A stretch of 64,000 nucleotides of DNA, from positions 22,492-86,491 of the forward strand of contig CAZZFA010000004.1 in the NCBI GenBank assembly GCA_964653435.1. The letters run 5' to 3'. Below, piece by piece: positions 27,604 through 38,789 of the stretch. The notes beneath the pieces were generated by a model. The model saw nothing but the letters and a program-made list of their open reading frames with translations. It ran no database searches and was not told the DNA's origin. The position numbers were made by a program, and so were the translations under genes. The DNA is from an uncultured Planctomycetales bacterium (GTDB taxonomy: Bacteria > Planctomycetota > Phycisphaerae > UBA1845 > PWPN01). Position 1 is the first letter of the stretch. Every line of letters starts with the position of its first letter.

Positions 27604-28974
27604 CTACTTGAGGTCGAGTTGCGGCGCCCCCGGCTTCAGTTCCGCCTTGTGACGTTCGACCTCCGCGAGCAGGTCGGCGACGACGTCGGGGTGGTCCCTG
27701 GCCACGTTGTACTTTTCCGAGGGATCCTCGTAGAGATTGAACAGCAGCGGCGGATCGTGGGCCTCGATCTTCTTGCTCTCGGGGCCGTAGCCCGTGCGCG
27801 TGAGCAGGTGTGCCTTCCACGGCCCCTTGCGGACGGCCATGAGTACGGCGTTGTTGTAGTAGAAGAGGACCTTCGCCCCGCCTTCGCCCTGGCCGAGCAG
27901 CACGGGCACAAGGCTCCGCCCGTCCAGTGCGCGATCCGCGGGGAGCTTCGCGCCGGCCAGTTCGACGAACGTCGGCAGGATGTCCATCAGCGTCGCCATC
28001 TCGCGATACACGCCCGGCTTGACCGTCCCCGGCCACCAGAAGATCCCCGGTTCCCGCATGCCGCCTTCCCACGTGGAGCCCTTGCCGTCGCGGAGCAGCC
28101 CGGCCGACCCGCCGTGCTGGTTCTTGATCAGCCACGGCCCGTTGTCGCTGCTGAAAACCACCAGGGTCTTTTCCGCGAGGCCGAGCTCGCGCAGCGTCCG
28201 CAGCACCTCGCCCACGCTCCAGTCGATCTCCTCGACGACGTCCCCGTACAGGCCGCGGAGGCTCTTGCCCTTGAAGCGGTCCGAAACGTGCAGCGGCACG
28301 TGAGGGAAGTTGTAGGCGAGGTAGAGGAAGAAGGGTTTGTCCTTCTCACGCCGGATGAACTTGATCGCCTCGTCCGTGTATCGCGGGGTCAGCGTCTCCT
28401 GCACGGCGGGTTCTTCGACAACCTCCTCGTTCCGCAGGATCGGCGAGGGCTTCATGTCGTTGCTGTACGGGATGCCGTAGTACGAATCGAACCCGTTGCG
28501 CGTGGGCAGATACTGGGGCAGATGGCCGAGATGCCATTTGCCGACGCAGGCCGTTGCGTACCCCTTTGTCTTCATCGCCTCCGCGATGGTGATCTCACTG
28601 GCGGGCAAGCCTCCCTTCGAGTCGGGGAACAGCACGTGCCGCGCGGTGCCGACCATGCCGCTGCGGATCGGCAGTCGCCCCGTCAACAGGGCCGCCCGGC
28701 TCGGCGTGCACACCGGCGCCGCGGAGTAGAAGTCCGTAAACCGCAGCCCCTCCGAGGCCATCCGGTCCAGGTTCGGCGTCCGGATGGACGGATGGCCGTA
28801 GCAGCCGAGGTCGCCGTAGCCCAGGTCGTCCGCGAAGAGGATCACGAGGTTCGGCGGACGCTCGGCTGCGCGCGCTGCGGTCGGCGCCGCGGCCAGGATC
28901 ATGGCGGCGCAGGCCATGAACCCGGCGTGCGGCCGCAACGTCCTCGCTGTCCGGAATGTGCCGTGTCGTCGCAT
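27604..28974 (-). CDS. arylsulfatase (N-acetylgalactosamine-6-sulfatase-like)
   Basis: ATG 28974 follows SD GGAGG. It reads PPNLVILFADDLGYGDLGCYG...PVCTPSRAALLTG. Confidence 0.9.
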   Translation of the reverse strand: MRRHGTFRTARTLRPHAGFMACAAMILAAAPTAARAAERPPNLVILFADDLGYGDLGCYGHPSIRTPNLDRMASEGLRFTDFYSAAPVCTPSRAALLTGRLPIRSGMVGTARHVLFPDSKGGLPASEITIAEAMKTKGYATACVGKWHLGHLPQYLPTRNGFDSYYGIPYSNDMKPSPILRNEEVVEEPAVQETLTPRYTDEAIKFIRREKDKPFFLYLAYNFPHVPLHVSDRFKGKSLRGLYGDVVEEIDWSVGEVLRTLRELGLAEKTLVVFSSDNGPWLIKNQHGGSAGLLRDGKGSTWEGGMREPGIFWWPGTVKPGVYREMATLMDILPTFVELAGAKLPADRALDGRSLVPVLLGQGEGGAKVLFYYNNAVLMAVRKGPWKAHLLTRTGYGPESKKIEAHDPPLLFNLYEDPSEKYNVARDHPDVVADLLAEVERHKAELKPGAPQLDLK

Positions 28975-29033
28975 GGTGGATTCCTCCGCGTTTCGATACC
29001 GCCGTGCGCCCGTCGCGCTTTCGGGACGCGGCG

Positions 29034-31034
29034 TCATTTCACTTCACAGCCGAGCTCGGCCGCCACGGACCTCATTTGATCCGCCATCTCCTCGAGCAGC
29101 TTGACCGGCTCCTTCGTCAGGTGCTCGTGGGCCGGTTGCGCCGGCAGGCTTGCCTCCCATGCGGTCAGCGCTGCTGCGGCCTGCGTCAGGCCGTCGATGT
29201 ACATGCGGAAGTACCGTCCGGCCGCCGGCCTGTCCGCTTCGTCGACGCGGCCGGACCGGACCAGCGCCTTGAGTTGCCACAGGGCCTTGAGCGTCTTGAT
29301 GAACCCCTGCGTGACAAGGCTCTCCTGCACGAACATCGGCTCGCCGAGTTCGCGGGCCAGCTCCACCGCCCGCTGCGCCTGGGCGACGTCGCGATCGAGT
29401 TGCTCCGCGTTGCGGATCTCACCCCAGGGATAGCGGTAGACATCCCACAGTGCCGAACCGAGCTCCGGCAGCTTGCCCTCCTTGAGCATCTCGGCCGCCT
29501 TGCCCGGCACCTTGCGGCGCTCGCCGGACGGGTACTCGCTCCCGTAGATGTCCCAGGCGACCGGCCCGTTGGCCTCGGTCCAGTCGGCGAACTTTTCCGG
29601 ATCCTTGAGACCCTGCCGGACGGCCCACGAGAGGGCGAACTCGCGGGGCGAGCGGCCCTTGGCATTCCACGACCACTCGGCCGCCGCCTCGGTGTTGAAC
29701 GCGCAGTGGCTGATGCGGGGGACGGCGTAGCCAAGCAGCCCCGAGAGCTTCTTGTCGACGAACTCGTTCATGCGCTGGTGAATGAACTGCGGCCCCGTGA
29801 AGGGGACCCAGTACCCGACGATGGCGCACACGTTCGGGCACACCCCGAGCCACCTGCCCTTGTTGATCGCGTCCACCAGGTATGGCCGGATCATGGGGGC
29901 GTGGCTGGTGTTGTAGGTGAAGAGGCTGTGGTAATACCAGATCTTCACGCTCGGCGGGAGCTGCGCGAAGACCTTCGGGTTGCTCTTTTCCGTCTCCTCG
30001 CTGGTCAGCACCCGCAGGCCGAGGTCGGGCTGCTTTTCGAGGGCCTTCTTCCAGGCGGCCACGATCGCCCGCGCCTCCAGGACGCTGCGGTCCTCCTTGC
30101 GGCACGATTCGCACTGGCAACCCTTCTCGCCGGCCAGGTTCTCCGCCATCCAGACGTCGACTTCTTTGACGCCCGGCTTCGCCCGCCACAGGAGCAGCCA
30201 TTGCGAAAGGATGTCCACGAAGAGCGGGTTGGAGTAGCAGATCGCGCCCCGTCGTGCATCCTTACCCTGAAGCTCCGGATACGCCGTGAAAAGCCCGGAG
30301 CCGGACAACTGCTCAAGGTGCAGGACGACGGGCACGGGGTTGATCCCGTACGTCGGCCCCTCGTCGAGGATTCTCTGCTTGTTCCCGGCGAGCGTCACGA
30401 AACATCGCTTCTGCCCGTCGATCCCGCAGCGCGAGATCTGCTCGTCGTAGTTCATTTTGCGGTCGGACATCCACCGGAGGTGGTCGTAGCTGTCGCCGCC
30501 CCACAGGCCGCGGTCTGCCATGTCCGGCCAGTCGGTGACCTCCAGCAGCGGGATCCGAACCTCTTCTGCCGCGTTCTCCATCACGAGGGCCTGCTGTACG
30601 GTCTTGGCGGCATAGTAGAGCCCGCGTGGGCCGATCGCCGCCAGGATGAGCCCGTTCTTTCGCGGCATCGGCAGGATGACGTAGGCCTGATCGCGGTTGG
30701 GCGCCGCACGCAGCGGCGCGGTCTCCGGGCCGTCCAACTGCAATCGAAGCGTGAACGACGCCTCGGACGCCTTGCCCGGCGACCCAAGACGTTCGCGCAG
30801 TTCCTTGACCGCCTGCTCAACGAGCGCCGGCGCATCCTGCGGCGGCACGATGGCAACCCGGCTGCGGGGGACGGTCGCCTCCTCCGTAATCGTGATCTTC
30901 CGGGGCAGGGGAACCAGGCGGCGAGTCCATCGCAGGGCTTCTTCAGCCGAAACCGCGACGGGCGCCGCCGCGCCCTGTGAGACCGATATTGCCGACAAGG
31001 CGACAACCGAAACGAGCCACAGCATGTGTTTCAT
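29034..31034 (-). CDS. secreted glycoside hydrolase, GH20-like (beta-N-acetylhexosaminidase-like)
   Basis: ATG 31034 follows SD GGAGAA. The signal peptide is MKHMLWLVSVVALSA. IPLLEVTDWPDMADRGLWG resembles the GH20 D-x-P-R-F-x-x-R-G junction. The family call is tentative. Confidence 0.75.
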   Translation of the reverse strand: MKHMLWLVSVVALSAISVSQGAAAPVAVSAEEALRWTRRLVPLPRKITITEEATVPRSRVAIVPPQDAPALVEQAVKELRERLGSPGKASEASFTLRLQLDGPETAPLRAAPNRDQAYVILPMPRKNGLILAAIGPRGLYYAAKTVQQALVMENAAEEVRIPLLEVTDWPDMADRGLWGGDSYDHLRWMSDRKMNYDEQISRCGIDGQKRCFVTLAGNKQRILDEGPTYGINPVPVVLHLEQLSGSGLFTAYPELQGKDARRGAICYSNPLFVDILSQWLLLWRAKPGVKEVDVWMAENLAGEKGCQCESCRKEDRSVLEARAIVAAWKKALEKQPDLGLRVLTSEETEKSNPKVFAQLPPSVKIWYYHSLFTYNTSHAPMIRPYLVDAINKGRWLGVCPNVCAIVGYWVPFTGPQFIHQRMNEFVDKKLSGLLGYAVPRISHCAFNTEAAAEWSWNAKGRSPREFALSWAVRQGLKDPEKFADWTEANGPVAWDIYGSEYPSGERRKVPGKAAEMLKEGKLPELGSALWDVYRYPWGEIRNAEQLDRDVAQAQRAVELARELGEPMFVQESLVTQGFIKTLKALWQLKALVRSGRVDEADRPAAGRYFRMYIDGLTQAAAALTAWEASLPAQPAHEHLTKEPVKLLEEMADQMRSVAAELGCEVK

Positions 31035-31472
31035 CGAGGGTTTTCTCCAACGGCCCGCATGAGCCGGTGCGGGCACGGGTCTCAAGCGAGCGATTCCCGG
31101 CTCCGGCTCGGCCGGTTCGCGGAGATCATCGGGGATCCGACTGCCGGCATTCGGCGCCTCAACGCGCCGGCCGTCTTGCCCACGGATGACTTCGTGCGCC
31201 TTTCGGCTCGCTCAGTCGGAAGCCTACCGCCGGGGCATGGCTCCCGCAAGCACGCGGCGGGAATTGAGGGGCTACCGTTATGGCCGGACCGGCGGCGGCC
31301 CGAGCCGTCCGCGATTGTCGGGCCTGTGGCGAGCGAGGCGGTCGATCGCGCGGTTCCGCCGCTGTGCGTTGTTCCCGCACGCAGGAGACGGCACCGGGAT
31401 GGCTCCGACGATTCCGCACAGGGGCACGGCGTTCGTTCTTGAGAATCGGCCTTTCGTGCCATACAGTGCCGT

Positions 31473-34196
31473 GTGCGAATGGGCAACGCCGGACACAACT
31501 ACCGCGCCGCGAAGTCGCTGGCCGACCTGACGCCGGCGATGCGACAGTACGCCGAGCAGAAGGCGCTCGTGCCGGAGGCGATCCTGCTGTTCCGGATGGG
31601 CGACTTCTACGAGATGTTTTACGAGGATGCGATCGCGGCGAGCCGCGTGCTCGGGATCGCGCTGACCTCGCGCGACAAAGGCGAGAACCCGACGCCGCTC
31701 GCCGGGATTCCCTACCACGCGCTCGACAGCTACCTGGCCAAGCTCGTCCGGGCCGGCTACAAGGTGGCGATCAGCGAGCAGGTGGAGGACCCGAAGACGG
31801 CCAAGGGGGTTGTGAAGCGCGAGATTGTGCGGATCGTCACGCCCGGCACGCTGACCGACGAGACGCTCATGGACGAGCGGGCGGACCAGCTCCTGGCGGC
31901 GGTCTGCACGCGCGGGCGCGACGTCGGCATCGCCTGTCTCGATCTGGCGTCGGGACACTTTTTCGTCGAGGTGCTGCCGGAGAAGCCGGCGATCGACGAA
32001 CTGGTCCGGTGGCGGCCGGCGGAGCTGCTCGTCGCCCAGTCGCCGATCGACGAGCCCGATCCCCTCGTGCAGACGTTCCGCACGATCAGCGAGGCGGCGG
32101 TCACGCCGCGTCCGGCCCACCACTTCGACCCGCGCTACGCCGAGGAGGTGCTGCACCGGCACTTCGAGGTGGCCACGCTCGCCGGCTTCGGCTTCGACGC
32201 GATGGATTGTTCGCTCTGCGCGGCGGGGGCGCTGCTCGAGTATGTCAACGAGACGCAGAAGACGAGCGCGCGGCACATCCTCCGCATCACCCGCCGCGAC
32301 ACCGGCGAGTTCGTGCGCATCGACCAGGCGACATGGCGTTCGCTCGAAATCGAGCAGACGCTCCGCGGGGCGGCGTTCGAGGGCTCGCTGCTCAACGCGA
32401 TCGACCGCACCGCCAACCCGATGGGTACGCGCTGCCTGCGGCGGTGGCTGCGGTCGCCGTTGCGGTCGATCGAGCAGATCAACCGGCGGCTCGACGCGAT
32501 CGCAGACCTGCGGAGCGACCGCGGCCGGATCGCCGCGATCCGCAAAGAACTTCGCGAGCTGGGCGATCTGGAGCGGATCACGGCCAGGCTGGGCGTCGGG
32601 CGCGCCTCGCCGCGCGACCTGGCGGGCGTCCGCAGGGCGCTGGAACGGCTCAGGGTGATTCGCCGACTGCTGGGGGCTCGTGCAGCGGATGACGGTCCGC
32701 ACAGCGGACCCTGCGCCGCCGAAGAGGCGGGCGGGCCGCCCGTTCCCGGGACGGTCCTCGGCGCTCCTGTGGCGCTGCTGGCCGACCTTGTCGAACAGGC
32801 CGCGGAACTGCCCGAGCTCTGTTCGCTGCTTTCGCGGGCGCTGCGGCCGGTGCCGCCGTTGACCGTTCGCGAGGGCGGGATGATTGCCGACGGCTTCGAC
32901 GCCGAGCTGGACCGCCTCCGCGGCATCGCCACGGGCGGGCAGGAGTGGCTTGCCGAGTTCCAGGCGCGCGAGGCCCGTCGGACGGGCATCGCGTCGCTGA
33001 AGGTCGGCTTCAACAGCGTCTTCGGCTACTACATCGAGGTCAGCAATGTCCATCGGGATCGCGTTCCGCCGGAGTACGTCCGCAAGCAGACGGTCAAGAA
33101 CGCGGAGCGATACATTACCGACGAGTTGAAGCAGCACGAAACCGAGGTGCTGACGGCGCAGGAGCGGGCCAACGACCTGGAGTATCGGATCTTCGAGCGG
33201 ATTCGCGACGAAACCGCTGCGCACATCCCCGCCCTGCAGCGGATCGCCGACGCGATCGGGCAGATCGACGCGCTGGCGGGCCTGGCTGAGTTGAGTTACG
33301 AGCGGAACTACGTCCGGCCGGAACTGGTGGATTCGCCCGTGCTGGAGGTCAAGGAGGGGCGGCACCCCGTGCTGGAGGGGATGCTCGGCGAGCGGTTCGT
33401 GCCGAACGACGGTTCGCTGGATGCGGCCGGGTCGCGCCTCATTCTGCTCACCGGCCCGAACATGGCCGGCAAGAGCACCTACATCCGTCAGATGGCCCTG
33501 CTTACGTTGCTCGCGCAGATCGGCAGTTACGTTCCGGCGGCGGCGATGCGGGTCGGTCCGGCCGACCGCATCTTCGCCCGCGTCGGGGCGAGCGACGAGA
33601 TCGCCCGCGGGCAATCGACCTTCATGGTCGAAATGACGGAGGCGGCGAACATCCTCAACAACGCCACGGCGAACAGCCTCGTCATCCTCGACGAGATCGG
33701 CCGCGGCACGAGCACGTTCGACGGCCTGGCGCTGGCGTGGGCGGTTACCGAGCACCTCGCGACGCAGACGCGGTGCCGCACGCTCTTTGCCACGCACTAC
33801 CACGAACTGACGGAACTGGCCGGTTTGCTCGAGGGAGTGCGGAACTGCAATGTGGCCGTGCGCGAGTGGAAGGACGAGATCATCTTCCTGCACAAGATCG
33901 TGGACGGCCCGGCGAGCAAGAGCTATGGCGTACACGTGGCCCGGCTGGCGGGCGTGCCGCCGTCGGTGATCGCGCGGAGCCGCGAGGTCCTCGCGGAGCT
34001 CGAGAAGAACTTTTCCCGCGAGTCGCACACGCCCAGGATGGCCGCCCGCAAGACGCGGAACGACGGCCAGATGTTCCTTTTCGGCGACCCGGCCGACGAG
34101 ATCCGGCAGGAACTCGCCCGGATCGACCTGAACCGCCTCACGCCGCTCGATGCGTTGGAGCTGCTCAAGAGGCTGCAGGATCGAGCCAGGGAGTAA
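31473..34196 (+). CDS. mutS: DNA mismatch repair protein MutS
   Basis: 907 aa. It reads [34 protein letters not shown], has Walker [14 protein letters not shown], and [12 protein letters not shown]. Confidence 0.95.
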   Translation: MRMGNAGHNYRAAKSLADLTPAMRQYAEQKALVPEAILLFRMGDFYEMFYEDAIAASRVLGIALTSRDKGENPTPLAGIPYHALDSYLAKLVRAGYKVAISEQVEDPKTAKGVVKREIVRIVTPGTLTDETLMDERADQLLAAVCTRGRDVGIACLDLASGHFFVEVLPEKPAIDELVRWRPAELLVAQSPIDEPDPLVQTFRTISEAAVTPRPAHHFDPRYAEEVLHRHFEVATLAGFGFDAMDCSLCAAGALLEYVNETQKTSARHILRITRRDTGEFVRIDQATWRSLEIEQTLRGAAFEGSLLNAIDRTANPMGTRCLRRWLRSPLRSIEQINRRLDAIADLRSDRGRIAAIRKELRELGDLERITARLGVGRASPRDLAGVRRALERLRVIRRLLGARAADDGPHSGPCAAEEAGGPPVPGTVLGAPVALLADLVEQAAELPELCSLLSRALRPVPPLTVREGGMIADGFDAELDRLRGIATGGQEWLAEFQAREARRTGIASLKVGFNSVFGYYIEVSNVHRDRVPPEYVRKQTVKNAERYITDELKQHETEVLTAQERANDLEYRIFERIRDETAAHIPALQRIADAIGQIDALAGLAELSYERNYVRPELVDSPVLEVKEGRHPVLEGMLGERFVPNDGSLDAAGSRLILLTGPNMAGKSTYIRQMALLTLLAQIGSYVPAAAMRVGPADRIFARVGASDEIARGQSTFMVEMTEAANILNNATANSLVILDEIGRGTSTFDGLALAWAVTEHLATQTRCRTLFATHYHELTELAGLLEGVRNCNVAVREWKDEIIFLHKIVDGPASKSYGVHVARLAGVPPSVIARSREVLAELEKNFSRESHTPRMAARKTRNDGQMFLFGDPADEIRQELARIDLNRLTPLDALELLKRLQDRARE

Positions 34197-34325
34197 GACC
34201 CCCGCACGGCAGACCCGCCGGTTCCACGCGGGCCGGCAATGTCGAATGACGAAGCCCGGCGAAGGAAGCTCGCATGGCGGAACCGGAAGGCTTGCGCCAT
34301 CGGGCTTGCGCGTATTCGCCAGTCG

Positions 34326-36284
34326 TCATCTGCCCGACGGGTTCTTCGCCGGGGGCCTGGCCAGATCGCGGATTCGCTCCGCCATGTCTGTCCCGTGAAT
34401 CTCAACGGCGAGAACCTTGCCGTCGGGGCCGATCAGAACGTTGAAGGGGATGAACTTCACGCCGAAGATTCCGGCCGTCGTCTCCGCGCCGCTGTCCGGG
34501 CCGGCGACGAGCGGCCAGGTGAGTTTCTCCTGTTCCGCGAATGTCTTGACGGCCTCGGCCGTGGCGTCCAGGCTGATCCCGAGCATCAGGAAGTCCGATC
34601 GCGATTTCATCTCGGCGTAGAGCTGCCTGAGCCTCGGCATCTCCGCGCGGCACGGCGGGCACCACGTCGCCCAGACATCGACGAAGACGTATTTGCCGCG
34701 GAGCTTCGAGAGCGGGTATCGCGTGCCGTCCAGTGCGGTTACGCTGAAGTCCGGCGCGGGTTTGCCCACTTGCAGCGCCTCGCTTCGCGCGGCGGCCTCC
34801 TCGGCGGCCCCCGCCGTCGTCGGCCTTCGTGCCGGCTCAAGCGTGAAGCGATAGTCGGTCTTCCCCGCCGTGAGGACCCGGCCTGAGAGCCGTCCTCCGC
34901 CGGGCCGGAAAAACGCGAACTCGATCGGCCCGTCGGGAGCATGTTCGAACGCGAAGCGGCCCTGCTCGTCGGTAAGCGCCCGCAAGCCGATGACGTCGCG
35001 ATCGCGCCAGCGGGTGCAGACTACCTGCACCTGATCGAGCGGCTTGCCCGCTTCATCCACGACGATGCCGGCCAGCGGCTTGCCCCGGGACAGGCGGATG
35101 GGAATTCGCCGCGTCCAGCCCGCCCGCGCCTCGTCATCCAGAAGCTCGGGGGCGTAATCGGGATGCTGGACCGCCACGGTGATCCGCCCGGGCGCAACAC
35201 CGGCGATCTCGAAGTTCCCCTCCGCGTCCGTCCATTCGATGCATGTGCCGCCTCGCCCCGCGACAACCACGATCCGCGCCCCGTTCACCGGTCGTCCGTC
35301 GGCCGCATCCGTGACCCGGCCGGCCACCCTCCCGCCACGGGGCAGTATCAGCGTGTAGGCGGCCGGGCGGCTTGCCGACGGCATGGTTTCGGGCGTAGCG
35401 GTTGCCTCGTCGAGCGCCAGACTGACCGCGGCGTCCGCCATTCGCATGCCGTCGGGATGCCTCGCCCGCCATGCGATCTCCGTCGTGTCCTTCGCGATTC
35501 CATGCAGATCGGCCCGGCCGTCCGCGTCGGTCGTCGCGGAGAAGGTATCATCTCCCGCCTCGACCTCGATTTCCGCCTCCGCCACGGGCTCGCCTCGGTC
35601 GTTCACGAGTCGCACCCGCACCGGCCGTTCCGGCGCCAGCCGGACGTGAACCTCGGCCGTGTCGGGCTCGACGCGAATCCGCTGCCGTTGGCGTCCGAAG
35701 CCCGGCCGCGAGACGACAAGCACGCCGGCGCCGGCCGACAGGCCCCGCAGCTCGAACCGGCCGCGATCGTCGGTCCTGCCTTCCCACCGGCGATCCTGTA
35801 TGTCGATGCGTACGTCCGCATCACTGACCGGCCGGCCCGTCTCGGCGGCCACGACCGTTCCGCGGACCGACAGCGTCCCGACCATCTCGACGTCGACGAA
35901 GGTCTCTCGCTCGCCGGGCTCGAACTCGACGGGCGCGAAGAATACGGCGAATCGTTCCTTCTTCACGCGGACGAAGAGCTTTCCGGACGGCGCGCCCGGC
36001 AGCCGGATGCGGAAGTCGCCGGTCCTGTCGCTGGCAGCCTGCCCGAGCACGCGTCCCTGGGTTTTCTCGTCGCCGCCGCTCTCCACCTGGACGCAGGCCC
36101 CCTCGATCCCGGAACCGGCGGCATCGAGAGCCTGGCCGACGACGACCCACTCGTTGTCGGGAGATGCGGGCGGGGCCGGCTGTGCGCGTGCGGGGAACGA
36201 TCCCAGGATCGCGACGAGGCTCGCCGCAGTGGCAAGGGCGGCCGCCGGCATCGCGCCGTCTGACCGTGAGGCGGATGGGTACAT
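34326..36284 (-). CDS. secreted TlpA/thioredoxin-like thiol-disulfide oxidoreductase with N-terminal carboxypeptidase-regulatory-like beta-sandwich repeats
   Basis: 652 aa. The C-terminal redox motif is FVDVWATWCPPCRAEMP. The N-terminus has repeated G.V.D..G.P..GA.V segments. Confidence 0.85.
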   Translation of the reverse strand: MYPSASRSDGAMPAAALATAASLVAILGSFPARAQPAPPASPDNEWVVVGQALDAAGSGIEGACVQVESGGDEKTQGRVLGQAASDRTGDFRIRLPGAPSGKLFVRVKKERFAVFFAPVEFEPGERETFVDVEMVGTLSVRGTVVAAETGRPVSDADVRIDIQDRRWEGRTDDRGRFELRGLSAGAGVLVVSRPGFGRQRQRIRVEPDTAEVHVRLAPERPVRVRLVNDRGEPVAEAEIEVEAGDDTFSATTDADGRADLHGIAKDTTEIAWRARHPDGMRMADAAVSLALDEATATPETMPSASRPAAYTLILPRGGRVAGRVTDAADGRPVNGARIVVVAGRGGTCIEWTDAEGNFEIAGVAPGRITVAVQHPDYAPELLDDEARAGWTRRIPIRLSRGKPLAGIVVDEAGKPLDQVQVVCTRWRDRDVIGLRALTDEQGRFAFEHAPDGPIEFAFFRPGGGRLSGRVLTAGKTDYRFTLEPARRPTTAGAAEEAAARSEALQVGKPAPDFSVTALDGTRYPLSKLRGKYVFVDVWATWCPPCRAEMPRLRQLYAEMKSRSDFLMLGISLDATAEAVKTFAEQEKLTWPLVAGPDSGAETTAGIFGVKFIPFNVLIGPDGKVLAVEIHGTDMAERIRDLARPPAKNPSGR

Positions 36285-36464
36285 GGCGTCCCTCCGGTTC
36301 CGGACCGACGCCTGATTCTACCTCCGCTCGATGCGCAGGCAATCGCCGCCGCCCGCTCCGGCAAGGGGCGATTGGCGACCGGACGGAGCGGGGCAGGCCG
36401 TTTCCGAACGTCCGGTGCTATAATGGCAGTTGGAAACACGACGTGCATCCCTGAGGGTACCATC

Positions 36465-37592
36465 ATGTCGGGAACCATCGCTCTGAAGGAGCTTCTCAGT
36501 CGGCACACGATGCCGTCGGCGCCGCAGCTCGCGAGGCGCGAGGATGGGAGCATCCGATGCCTGGCGTGCGGCCACCGATGCCGGATCCAGGAAGGCAAGG
36601 CCGGCGTCTGCCGCGTGCGGTTCGTTCGCGACGGCGAGCTTCGCGTGCCCGCCGGCTACGTCGCGGGATTGCAGATCGATCCGATCGAGAAGAAGCCGTT
36701 CTACCACGCCTTCCCGGGCTGCGATGCGCTCTCCTTCGGCATGCTCGGCTGCGACCTGCATTGCAGCTACTGCCAGAACTGGATCACGAGCCAGGCGCTC
36801 CGCGACGACCAGGCCGTCGCCATGCCGCGCTTCATCCGAGCCGAACAGATCGTCGAGATGGCCGTCAAACGCCGCACGCCGGTCATGGTCAGCACCTACA
36901 ACGAGCCGCTGATCACGGCGGACTGGGCCGTCGAGGTGTTTCGGCTGGCGCGGCAGCACGGCATCGTCTGCGGGTTCGTCTCCAACGGGAACGCCACGCC
37001 GGAGTGCCTCGAGTTCATCCGCCCGTACGTGGATCTCTACAAGATCGACCTGAAGTGCTTCAACGACGGCAACTACCGCCGCCTCGGCGCCCCGCTGGAG
37101 AATATTCTGCGCACGATCCGGCTTGTCAGGCAGATGGGCTTCTGGACGGAGATCGTCACGCTCCTCGTTCCCACGTTCAACGACAGCGATGAGGAGCTCA
37201 AGCAGATCGCCGGGTTCCTGGCGGGCATCTCGCCGGAGATCCCGTGGCACGTGACCGCCTTTCACCCGGACTACAAGATGACCGGGCCGCCCGCCACGCC
37301 GATCGAGACGCTGCTCCGCGCGTATGAGATCGGCCGGGCCGCGGGGCTGAAGTTCGTGTACGCCGGCAACGCCCCCGGTGCGGTCGGCGATCGGGAGAAC
37401 ACGTACTGTCCGAACTGCAACGGGCTGCTCATCCGGCGGTACGGCTTCCATGTCGAGAAGAACCGCATGAAGGGAGGAGCATGTCCCGATTGCGGCGCCC
37501 GGATTCCGGGGGTCTGGGAAGCCTCCGCTTCGAAGGTCAGCGAGGGTACGGGCACCCCGCTGCCGGTGCGTTCCGAGCAAGGCGCGAAGTGA
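36465..37592 (+). CDS. AmmeMemoRadiSam-type radical SAM enzyme
   Basis: Starts at internal ATG 36465 (MSGTIALKELL). It reads CRVRFVRDGELRVPAGYVAGLQIDPIEKKPFYHAFPG and has the radical SAM cluster CDLHCSYCQNW. Confidence 0.85.
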   Translation: MSGTIALKELLSRHTMPSAPQLARREDGSIRCLACGHRCRIQEGKAGVCRVRFVRDGELRVPAGYVAGLQIDPIEKKPFYHAFPGCDALSFGMLGCDLHCSYCQNWITSQALRDDQAVAMPRFIRAEQIVEMAVKRRTPVMVSTYNEPLITADWAVEVFRLARQHGIVCGFVSNGNATPECLEFIRPYVDLYKIDLKCFNDGNYRRLGAPLENILRTIRLVRQMGFWTEIVTLLVPTFNDSDEELKQIAGFLAGISPEIPWHVTAFHPDYKMTGPPATPIETLLRAYEIGRAAGLKFVYAGNAPGAVGDRENTYCPNCNGLLIRRYGFHVEKNRMKGGACPDCGARIPGVWEASASKVSEGTGTPLPVRSEQGAK

Positions 37593-37607
37593 CGCCCGCC
37601 GGGAATC

Positions 37608-38789
37608 GTGCGGCGGCGTGGCACGTTCCGCAGAGTCGAACCGCCCCCTCCGGGCAGGAGCGGACTTGCGGAATCCGTCGCGCACCCGGGTCGTGCCGCG
37701 CTTGAGGGCGTTGTCTGGCGCCTGTACGATGCGTGCCCGACGTGGGCGCGAGCGGCGGGGGACGGCGTCGGGGCCGGCGACGAGGGCGGACACGTGAGCG
37801 AGCAGGCCTCTGGCAGGATCATCATCTGCATCCCGATTTATGACGATTGGGAATCGGCGGCGCAGCTCATCCGGCGGATCGACGCGGCGCTGGCCCGCCT
37901 GTCGCTGCGCGCGGACGTCGTACTGGTGGATGACGGGTCGCACGAGGCTCCGCCCGCGCGGCTGGCCCTGCGCGCGGAGGCGCTGGCGGGCGTGGAGGTC
38001 CTGCGGCTGCGCCGGAACCTGGGCCACCAGCGGGCGATCGCGATCGGCCTGAGCTTCATCGAGGAGCAGCGCCCGTGCGACTCGGTGGTCGTCATGGACG
38101 GGGACGGGGAGGACGCCCCGGAGGACATCGGGCGGCTGATCGAGCGGTCGCAACGGTTGCAGCAGTCGCCGACGGGGGAAGGCAAACCGGTGATCTTCGC
38201 GAAGCGGGGCCGCCGTTTCGAGAGCGCGGTGTTTCGCCTTTGTTACCAGGCGTACAAGATCGTTCACCGGCTCCTCACGGGCCGGGCGGTGGAGGTAGGC
38301 AACTTCAGCGTCGTGCCCGCCGAGCAACTCCGCCGGCTCGTCGGCGTCTCGGAGATGTGGAACCACTACGCCGCATCGGTCTACAAAGCGCGGATTCCGT
38401 GCGATCTCGTGCCGATCGACCGCCGCCGCCGGATCGCGGGCCGCTCGAAGATGAACTTCGCCGGACTGGTTACACACGGGCTCAGTGCGATCTCGGTTTT
38501 CGCGGACACGGTCGGCGTGCGGCTGCTGCTGGTCAATGCCGCGCTGGCTGCCTTGAGCGTGGCGGGATTGACTGCGGTCGTTCTGATCCGCCTGTTCACG
38601 CGACTGGCCATCCCGGGATGGGCCACCGTGGCGGCAGGGTGCCTGCTCATCATCCTGTTGCAGGCGTTCCTGATGTCGCTGGTCTTCGTGTTCATCACGC
38701 TGCAGGGACGACAGGGCTCCACCTTCCTGCCCGTCCGGGATTATCGGTACTTCGTCCACCGCGTAGATCGGATCGAGCTGGATGGCTGA
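37608..38789 (+). CDS. family 2 glycosyltransferase with C-terminal TM helices (polyprenol-phosphate GT-like)
   Basis: IIICIPIYDDWESAAQLIRRID...VVLVDDGS is followed by two or three hydrophobic helices. The true start is probably downstream (GTG about 37794). Confidence 0.8.
   Translation: MRRRGTFRRVEPPPPGRSGLAESVAHPGRAALEGVVWRLYDACPTWARAAGDGVGAGDEGGHVSEQASGRIIICIPIYDDWESAAQLIRRIDAALARLSLRADVVLVDDGSHEAPPARLALRAEALAGVEVLRLRRNLGHQRAIAIGLSFIEEQRPCDSVVVMDGDGEDAPEDIGRLIERSQRLQQSPTGEGKPVIFAKRGRRFESAVFRLCYQAYKIVHRLLTGRAVEVGNFSVVPAEQLRRLVGVSEMWNHYAASVYKARIPCDLVPIDRRRRIAGRSKMNFAGLVTHGLSAISVFADTVGVRLLLVNAALAALSVAGLTAVVLIRLFTRLAIPGWATVAAGCLLIILLQAFLMSLVFVFITLQGRQGSTFLPVRDYRYFVHRVDRIELDG

Noticed and set aside
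31278-34028. 916-aa minus-strand ORF opposite mutS.
   Set aside because: The MutS motifs on the plus strand are definitive, and the antisense product has no recognisable features.
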